From positions 1 through 56,937 of the forward strand of contig CAZTNS010000003.1 of NCBI GenBank assembly GCA_964615585.1: 56,937 nucleotides of DNA, in the 5' to 3' direction. This document shows positions 48,083-56,937 of this stretch, one piece after another. A model generated the notes under the pieces. The model was given only the letters and a program-made list of their open reading frames with translations, did no database searches and had not been told where the DNA came from. The stretch comes from an uncultured Bacteroidales bacterium. Its GTDB lineage: Bacteria; Bacteroidota; Bacteroidia; Bacteroidales; ML635J-15. Position 1 is the stretch's first letter; every line of letters begins with the position of its first letter. Position numbers and translations under genes: made by a program.

Positions 48083-48178
48083 AGGTAACGACTTTTTAGA
48101 CTGGGTCTCATTATTGAAATGCAAAATATCAATTTTGGTTTGAAAAATGGGATTTCATATTTTTTGGGTAATAAAATT

Positions 48179-49912
48179 ATGCTTAACAAAAATCACATAT
48201 CCATTCATATATACCTGGTGACTGTCTTTTTAATCCTTTTCAATGGTTTATTAAGCGGACAAAACCTCATTCCCAACGCTAGCTTTGAAGGGGGCTGGGC
48301 TTGCCCCGAAGATTTCACAAAAGACCCTGTTAAGGAATTGATCCCACACTGGATGAATCCCAATAAAGGCACCCCGGATTATTTTCATGCCTGCAGTGAC
48401 AGCATGGCCGGCATTCCGGATAATTTTGCAGGGAATATGCCTGCCTACGAAGGTGATGCTTACATTGGATTAATATTGCGGGAAGTTTTTATTGATAGCG
48501 TTTCTCCACGGAAGGTGTCACGAGAATACATTACCGTTGAATTGAATAAACCCCTTGATTTTAGAAAATTATATTGTTTTAAATTACATTATGTGCTGGC
48601 TGACCGTTCAAGTTTTGCTGTGGATGCACTTGGCATAAGCTTTACACGGGAAAAATTGAAAGCATGGGATGCAGGTTTACTTGATGCCGAACCGATGGTA
48701 TTCAATACACCGGGCCACATCATGAATAACAAAAATCAATGGCATGAATTGTGTGGTGTGTTCAGAGCAAGGGGGAGAGAAAAATTCATGACCATAGGCA
48801 ACTTTTGCCCCAATGTTAAAACACATTACTATGAGGCAACCGACAGTCTGGCAGATTCAACTTTTGTGTATGCTTACTATTACATTGATGATGTTAAACT
48901 GTATGAAATTGAAAATCCATTTGAATGTGGTTGTCAGGACGATCTCTCTCAGGGTTTTGACTGGCTGGATGATGCGTCCCTGAGTTTTACCGAAGCATAT
49001 AACAATTACCGGAAACAACTGGAGCATGAAGAAATGCTGGCTTCAGCAAAGGGCAATGGGGAAAGAATAAAAACGGAACTTTACAATGATGATAGCAACG
49101 ATGACCTTTCCGGGGACAGGAAAAATGATGAAAAAGATACATCCGAATCCGGAGATAGCAACAAAAATGGCAAAGATGACTCCCAGAATGATCCACCTGA
49201 TAAAAACGATCCACTGACAGATACAGCAAATGATGCTTTAAATGAAGATACCGGCGGTATAAAAGACGATACCGGAGAAGCAACTGACACCAGTGACTTC
49301 CATGATGACAGAAAAGAAAGTGATTTTGACAACAACAAGGCCCGTGACAAAAATGAACAAACAGCAAAGGGTTATTCAGGTAATGATTATCATCAGAACG
49401 ACACATCCGGTGAAGCAGGGGGTAAACACCGAGAAAACAATGATATAAACGAACTGAAAGACGACAAACTTGCAAAATACGAAAGCATATCCGGGCAGTT
49501 ACGTAAAAGCAGACTCAATAAAAACGAAGAAGCCCTGATTGAGAGTTTGAAAAATGCAGATACCGGATTCTCAATAAACCTTCCTAAAATATATTTCGCT
49601 TTTAATCAATCGGAACTGCTTCCTTCATCCTATATTGCCCTTGAAGAACTATCAAAAATATTGGAAGAGCACAAAAGTTTACAAATCGAAATAAGAGGAC
49701 ATACTGACAACATCGGTAGCAACTGGTACAACAAACGACTCAGTAATGACCGTGCTGAAGCGGTCTATGATTTTTTAATTGAAACCGGCATTGATGAATC
49801 CAGACTCAAATACCGTGGTTTTGGCAATAAGGTTCCCGTTGCAGATAATGATACTGAAGAAGGCAGGCAACTTAACAGGCGCGTGGAAATTAAGGTGATC
49901 AGTAATCGGTGA
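48179..49912 (+). CDS. OmpA family protein with an N-terminal beta-sandwich-like domain and a long acidic low-complexity linker
   Basis: QNLIPNASFE N-terminus; D/N/K-rich linker; C-terminal IYFAFNQSEL...IRGHTD...LSNDRAEAV...NRRVE OmpA domain. Confidence 0.9.
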   Translation: MLNKNHISIHIYLVTVFLILFNGLLSGQNLIPNASFEGGWACPEDFTKDPVKELIPHWMNPNKGTPDYFHACSDSMAGIPDNFAGNMPAYEGDAYIGLILREVFIDSVSPRKVSREYITVELNKPLDFRKLYCFKLHYVLADRSSFAVDALGISFTREKLKAWDAGLLDAEPMVFNTPGHIMNNKNQWHELCGVFRARGREKFMTIGNFCPNVKTHYYEATDSLADSTFVYAYYYIDDVKLYEIENPFECGCQDDLSQGFDWLDDASLSFTEAYNNYRKQLEHEEMLASAKGNGERIKTELYNDDSNDDLSGDRKNDEKDTSESGDSNKNGKDDSQNDPPDKNDPLTDTANDALNEDTGGIKDDTGEATDTSDFHDDRKESDFDNNKARDKNEQTAKGYSGNDYHQNDTSGEAGGKHRENNDINELKDDKLAKYESISGQLRKSRLNKNEEALIESLKNADTGFSINLPKIYFAFNQSELLPSSYIALEELSKILEEHKSLQIEIRGHTDNIGSNWYNKRLSNDRAEAVYDFLIETGIDESRLKYRGFGNKVPVADNDTEEGRQLNRRVEIKVISNR

Positions 49913-49963
49913 TCGGTAATCGGTAATCGGTAATCGGTAATCGGTGATCGGTGATCGGTAATC
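49894..49963. repeat. Tandem heptamer array (G/A)GT(A/G)ATC x10
   Basis: ggtgatc agtaatc ggtgatc ggtaatc ggtaatc ggtaatc ggtaatc ggtgatc ggtgatc ggtaatc; overlaps the OmpA stop codon. Confidence 0.95.
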
Positions 49964-49979
49964 GGTAGTGGGTTATCTT

Positions 49980-50621
49980 TTAGATTTCAAAATGATAACA
50001 TAAGCCCATTGTGAGTATCATGTATCTGCCGTTTATTCCCTGCTGTTCATTCAGTTCTCCCATATCAAAATTTCTGCTTTGGTGAAAATGCAAATTAAAC
50101 GTACAATCAAGTTTAACAGATAGCTCATCGTTGACCTGAAAATAGGGGGTAAAACCGCCTCCAATGCAAATCATCTCATCAACACCATCAAAAAGCCGGG
50201 ATGGTTTTGGATCAATCAATCCTCTTTGCTGCCACATGCCACTCAAACCCAAGCCGGCATGGGCAATTACGCCAAATTTATTCTGCAATATATCAACATT
50301 GGCTAATTTAAGGACATCGGCCAGCCCATGCGCAAAAAACATGACATAATGCGTCTCAGGGTTATAATCAATATCAATAAGATTGTACTGGGCACCGGCC
50401 ATGACACCAAATTTATCGTCAAACATTTTCTGACCATTGATTTGCAATACACCTGGTTCATGAATCTCAGGGCTATCATGATTTCCCATCGGAGATAGTC
50501 CGGCATGTAATCCGGCATTGATGCCAACCGACCAGGTATGCTCAGGAGCGTCCTGCGTATATCCGCTCAGGCTCAGTAAAAAGAGAAAAATAAAAATTGG
50601 TGATTTTTTTATGTGTTTCAT
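49980..50621 (-). CDS. Outer-membrane beta-barrel protein (resembles the N-terminal barrel of Bacteroidota OmpA proteins)
   Basis: Signal peptide; WSVGINAG, AHAGLGLS, GGGFTPYF; C-terminal MGLCYHF. Confidence 0.7.
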   Translation of the reverse strand: MKHIKKSPIFIFLFLLSLSGYTQDAPEHTWSVGINAGLHAGLSPMGNHDSPEIHEPGVLQINGQKMFDDKFGVMAGAQYNLIDIDYNPETHYVMFFAHGLADVLKLANVDILQNKFGVIAHAGLGLSGMWQQRGLIDPKPSRLFDGVDEMICIGGGFTPYFQVNDELSVKLDCTFNLHFHQSRNFDMGELNEQQGINGRYMILTMGLCYHFEI

Positions 50622-50708
50622 AATATCAATAATTATTTGCTTTTAAAGGTTTAAGGTAAAATAACGTTTTATTTGGTTATTTCCATTCAGGTGTAAATAT
50701 ACAAAAAT

Positions 50709-50738
50709 AAAAAAGACCGGAGAAGTTTCCGGCCTTTT
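50709..50738 (-). terminator. Intrinsic (bidirectional-type) terminator
   Basis: aaaaagaccgg-agaagttt-ccggccttttt. Confidence 0.8.
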
Positions 50739-50979
50739 TACGAGTTGGAGATAGGAAATATTATTTAACCACGTTCAGTTTTTGTGTGGTAACCTTGTCA
50801 TTGGATTCAACACGGATAATGTAAGTACCATCAGTCAGGTCGGAAACATTGATGGTTTCACGATCGCTGTTGGCAGTTTGTGAAATTACCCTTTGACCAA
50901 GCATGTTAACGATGGTGATTTCAGCGTTTTCAGCGTTGGCTACGGTTACTATGTCATTAGCGGGGTTGGGATAGATTGA
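50709..50979 (-). repeat. Copy 1 of the duplicated T9SS CTD + terminator cassette
   Basis: About 91% nt identity over the 222-nt coding part to 53894-54115 (about 19 mismatches by hand count), plus near-identical terminator. Confidence 0.9.
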
Positions 50980-53760
50980 TATATTAGAATAGTCTAAATC
51001 AATAACTTCAGTGACTTCATCAACCTGGAAAAGATCCACATAAGCAGCAGCCCCATCATTGCCTACATAATGAAAAGCAAAATGTACAGAAGATTCACCA
51101 CTGTAATCAGAAATGTCAATAACTTGTAAGGTATCTGTCCAATCAGCAAATTCACCGACATCAGTAAGGTCCCACAAGCTTGTCCATGTAGCACCATCAT
51201 CAACAGTCACCTCAAAAAACAGGTTATAATTATCTTCTGTAATTGCCCACTCATAACTGGCTTTCCAATAGAAACTGGCATTGATTTGAGCAGGCGCTGT
51301 GCTAAAGTCAAATTCAGGTGAAATAATGTACTCATCCTGATCATTCAAGTCAGGATCGTATTCACAAACAATATTACCATCACCTTCATAAGATGAAACA
51401 CCGCTATCATCCCAATACCAGGTTTGGTTGGTATTGATGCCTTCAATGGTCCAGCAAGCTATACCTGCTTCAAAATCTTCAGTATAAGGGATAGATGTTA
51501 CCGTCTCACAAGAGGTATTAAAAGTAAACGGACCACTCCATAAGCTGCTATCAGAATCACATACAGCCTGTACATAAAAATCATAAACAGTACCACTTTC
51601 AAGGCCTGTTAATTCATAAGGATTATCAGTAACATTGATCACATTACCATCCCCCTGTGCAAAACCTGTCTCACCCCATTCAATATTCCATTCTGAAGCC
51701 GAGCCATTTTCAAGCCATCCAAGGTTAGCGGATGTTGTGGTTTCTCCGGTAACATATAGTTCTGTTGGCTGGGGACAAGATACAGGCACTATACTACCAG
51801 GAATCATAATATCATCAACAGCCCAGCCATATCCCCACGCGCCATCATCATCATAATGGAAAGCTATAAGCACATCAGGTTCTCCGGCATATGCTGAAAG
51901 ATCAACGGTTTCTTCCTGCCAATCAGAAATGTTATCGCTTGATAATGTTTCCACGTCAGTCCAGTTTATACTGTCAGTAGAGACCTTGATAGTGAAGATA
52001 TCATAGTAGCGAACGTTACTAAATCTCAGAAATGGAGCAGAAATACCACTAAAATCAATAGCAGGCAATATCATCCAAACATCAGACATGTCAGCATTGC
52101 ATGCATCATCATTAACATAAGCATATGTTCCATGATCTGGTATTGGAAAAGTACCACTACCACCATCAGTACCAATTTCCCAACCGCAATCACCATCAAT
52201 AAATTGCATGTTCGGAACAACACCACTTTCAAAATCAATCAAGACCAAATCACCAATAATCAATTCGTTAGACAAAGCAGAACCTCCTTCACCAATGGCA
52301 TTACTTGCAATAACTTCATACCAGTAATTATTTGGATCCGTCAATGTTTCGGAAAATGTGGTCCCCGTCTGATCTTCTGAAACCAGCTCATCATCAGGAT
52401 AACGAACAACGTCATAAATAATGCCTGTACCTGATAAATACCCCCCGTGTAAACCCTCCGTGGGTGCTGTCCATGAAAGGCTGGCATCCATACCGGTTGC
52501 AGTAAGTTCAACATCTGTTGGTGCATCAGGCACATCTTCACCTACCCATGTAGAAACAGATGCAGGAATTCCTTCGCCATTTGAATTATAACCAATCACA
52601 GTAAATGTATATTGCCCTTCCGAAGCAACGTTAACTGTATATGAACCAGGATCGCCGATTACAGCACTGTTATTTACATAAGTTGGTATGGTTTCATCGT
52701 CAACATACAAGCATATACTGTCCAGTTCATCCAATGTGTTCCCATTAACATTGAGGGTTGGATTTGTCCATGATACATCAGCAGTTAAAGCACCTCCGGC
52801 ATCTGGTACTGCATCCAGATCGAGAGGAGCGTCAGGAGCTGCAGTATCAGCTGTTACTGCCAATTCATATCCAACAATGAGATTTGGATCCTGTTGTATA
52901 TTGCCAACAAGGATAAATTCTCCACCAGATTCAAATGAACATGCACCTCCTGAAATAGATTCTGTTATATACCCTGGAGCATCTGAGCAATCATGCGTTG
53001 TCCCGGTCATCGAATATGAATTTATATCAAATTGATAAAATACAGCTTCCTCACCTGTAGGTTGTTGGAATAACCATAGACAGGGGTTTGCAGGGTCTGT
53101 CCAGGGGTCATAAGCTGATCCATAGCATGATTCAAGAGTTACTGTAGAAGGTACAAGTTCGGAACCATTCATATCAATGGCACCTAATTCTTCCCAGTCT
53201 CCAATCCAAAATCCACCATTACCGCCATCAAGTCCCGGATCATAAGCAATGTGCCTGATTCCGGTTACGCCTGTGCATGTAACAGAAATATCACTTTCCA
53301 GTGTTTCGTTGGCTAAATCAATTTGATAAAGTGTCATACTCGCATCTGAGCCATAAAAATAAGTGCCATCATAAGCCATATCCCGAATTCCACTAACCCC
53401 TGTCACTTGAAAAGTCTCTGGATTTGTGCCATCCATGTTATAGCGAGTAAAATCATCACCATTCCAGGCTGTTGTATAAAAATTCACCCCATCAGTCTCG
53501 AGGCCAGGATGGCCAGCTGCAGATGCATTAAAGCTAAACTCTACATCCCAGGTTGCTTTTGACCCACCGGTATGTACAGCATCAGATAAGAAAGGCGTTA
53601 CATCATGTATGCCTGATATTTTTTCTTTCTTCAGATCAACTTTTTGCTGAATAGAGGATTTTGATTTTCGTTGATGCAATACATCAGACTTGGTTGCGTA
53701 TTGGGCAAATGTTATTGCTGAAATAAGCAACAGTGTAAATAATAAAATAAATTTTTTCAT
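50761..53760 (-). CDS. T9SS type A cargo: beta-propeller-like N-terminus, FN3 repeats, cleaved-adhesin (choice-of-anchor J)-like domains, CTD
   Basis: Signal peptide; FN3 (PDAPTDVEL...LSWTAP, YEVIASNAIGEG); DLSAYAGE...IAFH...WAVDD adhesin-like; IYPNP...GTYII CTD. Confidence 0.9.
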   Translation of the reverse strand: MKKFILLFTLLLISAITFAQYATKSDVLHQRKSKSSIQQKVDLKKEKISGIHDVTPFLSDAVHTGGSKATWDVEFSFNASAAGHPGLETDGVNFYTTAWNGDDFTRYNMDGTNPETFQVTGVSGIRDMAYDGTYFYGSDASMTLYQIDLANETLESDISVTCTGVTGIRHIAYDPGLDGGNGGFWIGDWEELGAIDMNGSELVPSTVTLESCYGSAYDPWTDPANPCLWLFQQPTGEEAVFYQFDINSYSMTGTTHDCSDAPGYITESISGGACSFESGGEFILVGNIQQDPNLIVGYELAVTADTAAPDAPLDLDAVPDAGGALTADVSWTNPTLNVNGNTLDELDSICLYVDDETIPTYVNNSAVIGDPGSYTVNVASEGQYTFTVIGYNSNGEGIPASVSTWVGEDVPDAPTDVELTATGMDASLSWTAPTEGLHGGYLSGTGIIYDVVRYPDDELVSEDQTGTTFSETLTDPNNYWYEVIASNAIGEGGSALSNELIIGDLVLIDFESGVVPNMQFIDGDCGWEIGTDGGSGTFPIPDHGTYAYVNDDACNADMSDVWMILPAIDFSGISAPFLRFSNVRYYDIFTIKVSTDSINWTDVETLSSDNISDWQEETVDLSAYAGEPDVLIAFHYDDDGAWGYGWAVDDIMIPGSIVPVSCPQPTELYVTGETTTSANLGWLENGSASEWNIEWGETGFAQGDGNVINVTDNPYELTGLESGTVYDFYVQAVCDSDSSLWSGPFTFNTSCETVTSIPYTEDFEAGIACWTIEGINTNQTWYWDDSGVSSYEGDGNIVCEYDPDLNDQDEYIISPEFDFSTAPAQINASFYWKASYEWAITEDNYNLFFEVTVDDGATWTSLWDLTDVGEFADWTDTLQVIDISDYSGESSVHFAFHYVGNDGAAAYVDLFQVDEVTEVIDLDYSNISIYPNPANDIVTVANAENAEITIVNMLGQRVISQTANSDRETINVSDLTDGTYIIRVESNDKVTTQKLNVVK

Positions 53761-53785
53761 AACAATGCATTTTTGGTTTGTACTA

Positions 53786-53793
53786 CAAATATA
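53786..53793 (-). promoter_or_regulatory. -7 promoter box TATATTTG
   Basis: TAnnTTTG match 25 bp upstream of the 999-aa gene; the same box precedes the 618-aa gene. Confidence 0.55.
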
Positions 53794-53840
53794 AAATATA
53801 CTATTTAAATAAAAAAGTAAAACAATGAATTAAACATAAA

Positions 53841-53871
53841 AAAAAGACCGGAGAAGTTTCCGGCCTTTTTT
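53841..53871 (-). terminator. Intrinsic terminator, near-identical to 50709-50738
   Basis: aaaaagaccgg-agaagttt-ccggcctttttt. Confidence 0.8.
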
Positions 53872-54112
53872 ACGAGTTGGGGGATAGGAGGTATTATTTA
53901 ACCACGTTCAATTTTTGTGTGGTAACCTTGTCATTGGACTCTATACGGATAATGTATGTGCCGTCAGTCAGGTCAGAAACGTTGACGGTTTCACGATCGC
54001 TGTTGGCAGTTTGTGAAATTACCCTTTGACCAAGCATATTTACGATGGTGATTTCAGCATTTTCAGCATTGGCGATGGTAACTACGTCATTAGCGGGGTT
54101 GGGATAGATTGA
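53841..54112 (-). repeat. Copy 2 of the duplicated T9SS CTD + terminator cassette
   Basis: See copy 1. Confidence 0.9.
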
Positions 54113-55750
54113 GATTTCTTTGATCTCTGCATCGCTGACATTGACACCTGCATCAAGTAGAATATCATCTACCATAAAAATAAATGCATCATCACTTAGG
54201 CACTGTATGGCGACATAAATTTGTTCGCCTGCATAAGATGACAGATCATAGGAAATTTCTGTCCAAATGGTATCAGCATCTGTAGCACCAGATGTTAATT
54301 CATCAGTAAAGTCAGCAATAGCAGTGCCTGATGTAGAAACCCAAACTTTATATTTCTCAAGGCCATACTCATCTGTATAAGATTTTGCCCAAAAATTAAG
54401 TGAAGCACCGGCATTGATTTCACTTGACTGAGGTGTGATCAGCCAGTCATCGTTTGGTCCGTCAGTAGCAGCAAAGCATGCACCAAAACGATCACCGGTA
54501 TTGGGTTGAATGGCATCTGCTGTCATTTCAGGATCTGTATTGGCAGGGTTAAATGCAATATAAGAACCGGTGTATTCGGAATTAGTAAAATCAATACCTT
54601 GAAATCCATAAGTCCCGCTGCCATCTTCATCATGCTGTGTCCAGCCGGTAAAAGTGAGATCAAAATCATTCACGTTTGTTTCAAAACCACCATCCATATC
54701 GTCGGTAATAGGTTCATTACATACTCCGGAAAGAGCAACTTCCACGGTGCCACCGTTGGTCTCAATGGTAAATGTTGCATTGTAAGTATCGTAAGCTGTT
54801 GGATTATAATCGAAGGTAAAAGTGTAATCCTCTGCTTCATCCAGGCTAACATCACCAGCATCAAATGTAGTTGAGAAAGGCGTTCCGCTCAGATCGGTAG
54901 CAGAAGATACGGTAAGCGTACCCACACCGGCATTAGTAAGCGTAAAATCACCTGAAGTGGTTGACGTGCTGATTTCAACATCACCTGCATCCCATGAAGT
55001 AGGGGTAAGATCCGCTAACGGGTCAGTGATGTCTTCTACTTCAAATGTCATGTTATCGACATCGATATATGAACCGGCAGTAAGGGTACCAATTTCCATA
55101 CCCGTGAAAACGCCCACACCTGTAGATGATACAATGATCATGGCTGAATCTGGCACTTGTGTGCTTTCATATTCAAAAGTGGCGGAAAATTCCTGGTAAC
55201 TTGTGCTTAGGTCAGCAGCTCCTAAATTAAGGCCTGCACCACCAACATAATCACCTTCTTTAAACAATTGCATGATAACCAATGCTGTATCATTGCTTTC
55301 CAATTCACCTTTAGCATAAAAGCTCATGCTTACCAGGCGATTTGTGTAGGGTTCTCCCTGTACAATTGATGTACCAGACAAAGCACCAATAAATGCTGTG
55401 CCTCCAACCAGGGTATCAGTCCATCCTATGGCTGCGATTGTGGTAACATTACTTTCCACATGCATAGCGTAATCACCGTTTTGTGCATCTGCATTCTGTT
55501 GGTCATCAGGATTTCCGGTCGTCATAAACCAACCGTTAGGCATGTCTCCAAGCCCGTATCCTGCAGCATCACTGTTCCATGCTTCAAAGTCGGCATTGTC
55601 TATGCCGGTACCACGGAGGTCTTTTTGCATTTTCACGGTTTTTTGAACTTCTTTAGAAAGATTCAAATTCAAATCCTTAACTTGTTGATTTTGTGCAAAC
55701 ACAAGCGATATGCTTGCCACAAACATTAAACTTAGTAAAATTCTTTTCAT
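53894..55750 (-). CDS. T9SS type A cargo with Ig-like (choice-of-anchor D-like) and cleaved-adhesin (choice-of-anchor J) domains
   Basis: FTLTNAGVGTLTVS Ig module; WTQHDEDG...NDDWLITP...LNFWAKS...YDLSSYAGEQIYVAIQC...FMVDD adhesin domain; IYPNP CTD. Confidence 0.9.
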   Translation of the reverse strand: MKRILLSLMFVASISLVFAQNQQVKDLNLNLSKEVQKTVKMQKDLRGTGIDNADFEAWNSDAAGYGLGDMPNGWFMTTGNPDDQQNADAQNGDYAMHVESNVTTIAAIGWTDTLVGGTAFIGALSGTSIVQGEPYTNRLVSMSFYAKGELESNDTALVIMQLFKEGDYVGGAGLNLGAADLSTSYQEFSATFEYESTQVPDSAMIIVSSTGVGVFTGMEIGTLTAGSYIDVDNMTFEVEDITDPLADLTPTSWDAGDVEISTSTTSGDFTLTNAGVGTLTVSSATDLSGTPFSTTFDAGDVSLDEAEDYTFTFDYNPTAYDTYNATFTIETNGGTVEVALSGVCNEPITDDMDGGFETNVNDFDLTFTGWTQHDEDGSGTYGFQGIDFTNSEYTGSYIAFNPANTDPEMTADAIQPNTGDRFGACFAATDGPNDDWLITPQSSEINAGASLNFWAKSYTDEYGLEKYKVWVSTSGTAIADFTDELTSGATDADTIWTEISYDLSSYAGEQIYVAIQCLSDDAFIFMVDDILLDAGVNVSDAEIKEISIYPNPANDVVTIANAENAEITIVNMLGQRVISQTANSDRETVNVSDLTDGTYIIRIESNDKVTTQKLNVVK

Positions 55751-55801
55751 AACATTTAAATTTTGGGTTTGTAAATTTATTTTCTTATTTCAATTAGAGG
55801 A

Positions 55802-55809
55802 CAAATATA
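55802..55809 (-). promoter_or_regulatory. -7 promoter box TATATTTG
   Basis: TAnnTTTG match upstream of the 618-aa gene. Confidence 0.5.
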
Positions 55810-55836
55810 AACATATTAATAATAAAAACAAAAAAA

Positions 55837-56574
55837 TTATTTTAAATATTTTTTCCTGTTAAATAAAGCTTTCAACTTCATGCCTATAACGCCAAAAACA
55901 GCTTCCGAAAAAATGCCGCCTGACATTTTGGATGTGCCGTGTTTTCTTTCTGTGAAAACGATGGGAACTTCACGCACATCAAAACCCAGTAAACAAGCTT
56001 TGAATTTCATCTCTATCTGAAAAGCATAGCCTATCATCCGGATGTTGTCAAGGTTGATTGTTTCCAGCACTTTTCTTTTGTAGCACACAAAGCCGGCTGT
56101 CGTGTCTTGTACTTTCATGCCCGTCACAAACCGCACATACTTAGAAGCAAAATAAGACAACAGCACCCTGCCCATCGGCCAATTTACCACATTCACCCCG
56201 GTTATGTAACGGGAGCCAATGGCTACATCAGCCCCTTTTTCATCACATTCAGCCTGTAGCCTGACCAGGTCTTCCGGATTATGCGAAAAATCGGCATCCA
56301 TCTCACATATATAATGGTATCCATTTTCAAGGGCATATTTAAAACCGGCAATATAGGCAGTTCCCAATCCTTGTTTCCCTTTCCTTTCCAGTAAATGCAA
56401 CTGATCATGAAATTCCTTCTGTAAATTTTTTACGATATCAGCAGTTCCGTCAGGCGATCCATCATCCACTATCAGCACATGAAACGGGGTTTTCAACGAA
56501 AGCACTTTTCTGATGATGGCTTCAGCGTTTTCCTTCTCATTATAGGTTGGTATGATAACCAGGTTTTTACTCAT
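55837..56574 (-). CDS. Polyprenol monophosphomannose synthase (GT2, Dpm1-like)
   Basis: IIPTYNEKEN, VDDGSPDGT, GLGTAY, EMDADFSH, GSRY, DTTAGF, FTERKHGTSKM. Confidence 0.93.
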   Translation of the reverse strand: MSKNLVIIPTYNEKENAEAIIRKVLSLKTPFHVLIVDDGSPDGTADIVKNLQKEFHDQLHLLERKGKQGLGTAYIAGFKYALENGYHYICEMDADFSHNPEDLVRLQAECDEKGADVAIGSRYITGVNVVNWPMGRVLLSYFASKYVRFVTGMKVQDTTAGFVCYKRKVLETINLDNIRMIGYAFQIEMKFKACLLGFDVREVPIVFTERKHGTSKMSGGIFSEAVFGVIGMKLKALFNRKKYLK

Positions 56575-56937
56575 GCGTCCACATCATTATTTTTTTGAGC
56601 GTGTAAAGATATACATTCTGCTAAATAAAAAAAAGCAGCACAATTTATATTATTTACAGATTATACCAGCTGTCTTTTATCTGTCAGTTTACGTGTCATA
56701 ATTATGCATTTGTTTCCCTGGTCATGAGCTTCGGGGGTCACTCTTCCTGATGATTTCAAAACGCAGTTTCACCTCCTTGTCGGGATGTCCCATTCAGCGA
56801 TTACACATCTCCTTTATGGATTATGATCAAAGCATAAAAGTTGAAAAAGCCTGTATAGTCTTGATATCAGGTGATTTATATTCAAGAGAAAAAATAATTC
56901 AAAATTTTTCACAAAAAGATTTGGTGGATTAAAAATA

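Noticed and set aside
49894-49963. CRISPR array
   Set aside because: Units are 7 bp and contiguous, with no unique spacers and no cas genes; the same applies to the 9-bp array at 2628
56722-56793. HPDK read as a J-domain (DnaJ) signature
   Set aside because: A 23-codon ORF without the flanking helices; a four-residue match is expected by chance
1054-56932. Many short antisense or overlapping ORFs in the six-frame track (e.g. 1054-1395, 30616-31065, 31365-31988, 48987-49475)
   Set aside because: They lie opposite well-supported genes and have no recognisable motifs; treated as shadow ORFs

Overview
AT-rich bacterial chromosomal window from a Bacteroidota genome, probably Bacteroidales-like and possibly from a saline habitat. 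The assignment rests on type IX secretion (T9SS) C-terminal domains, TAnnTTTG -7 promoter boxes, DUF2795 and a Bacteroidota-type dcw gene order. From left to right: (1) the right-hand ~6.4 kb of an integrative element (DnaD/Rep-like HTH protein, zinc-finger/TOPRIM primase-like protein, SF4/AAA_25 helicase-like ATPase, excisionase-like HTH, hypothetical, tyrosine integrase) ending at a duplicated 3' half of tRNA-Arg(ACG); (2) an atypical ECF sigma / zinc anti-sigma pair and a PKD lipoprotein; (3) housekeeping genes (DUF2795, PduO-type adenosyltransferase, ABC ATPase, dipeptidyl-peptidase IV, MBL hydrolase); (4) a co-oriented cluster of beta-barrel, lipoprotein, 7TM-AraC regulator and two large T9SS cargo proteins; (5) AbgT, MFS and Crp/Fnr genes; (6) the dcw cluster mraZ to ftsZ plus yqeY (murF not inside it); (7) an acyltransferase/GNAT pair resembling glycine-lipid synthesis genes, an OmpA protein, a beta-barrel, two tandem T9SS adhesin-like genes with a duplicated CTD+terminator, and a GT2 polyprenol-phosphate mannosyltransferase. 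No CRISPR array, rRNA, intact tRNA, transposase or reverse transcriptase was seen. All family assignments come from motif recognition by eye, with no database searches, and counts were made by hand.
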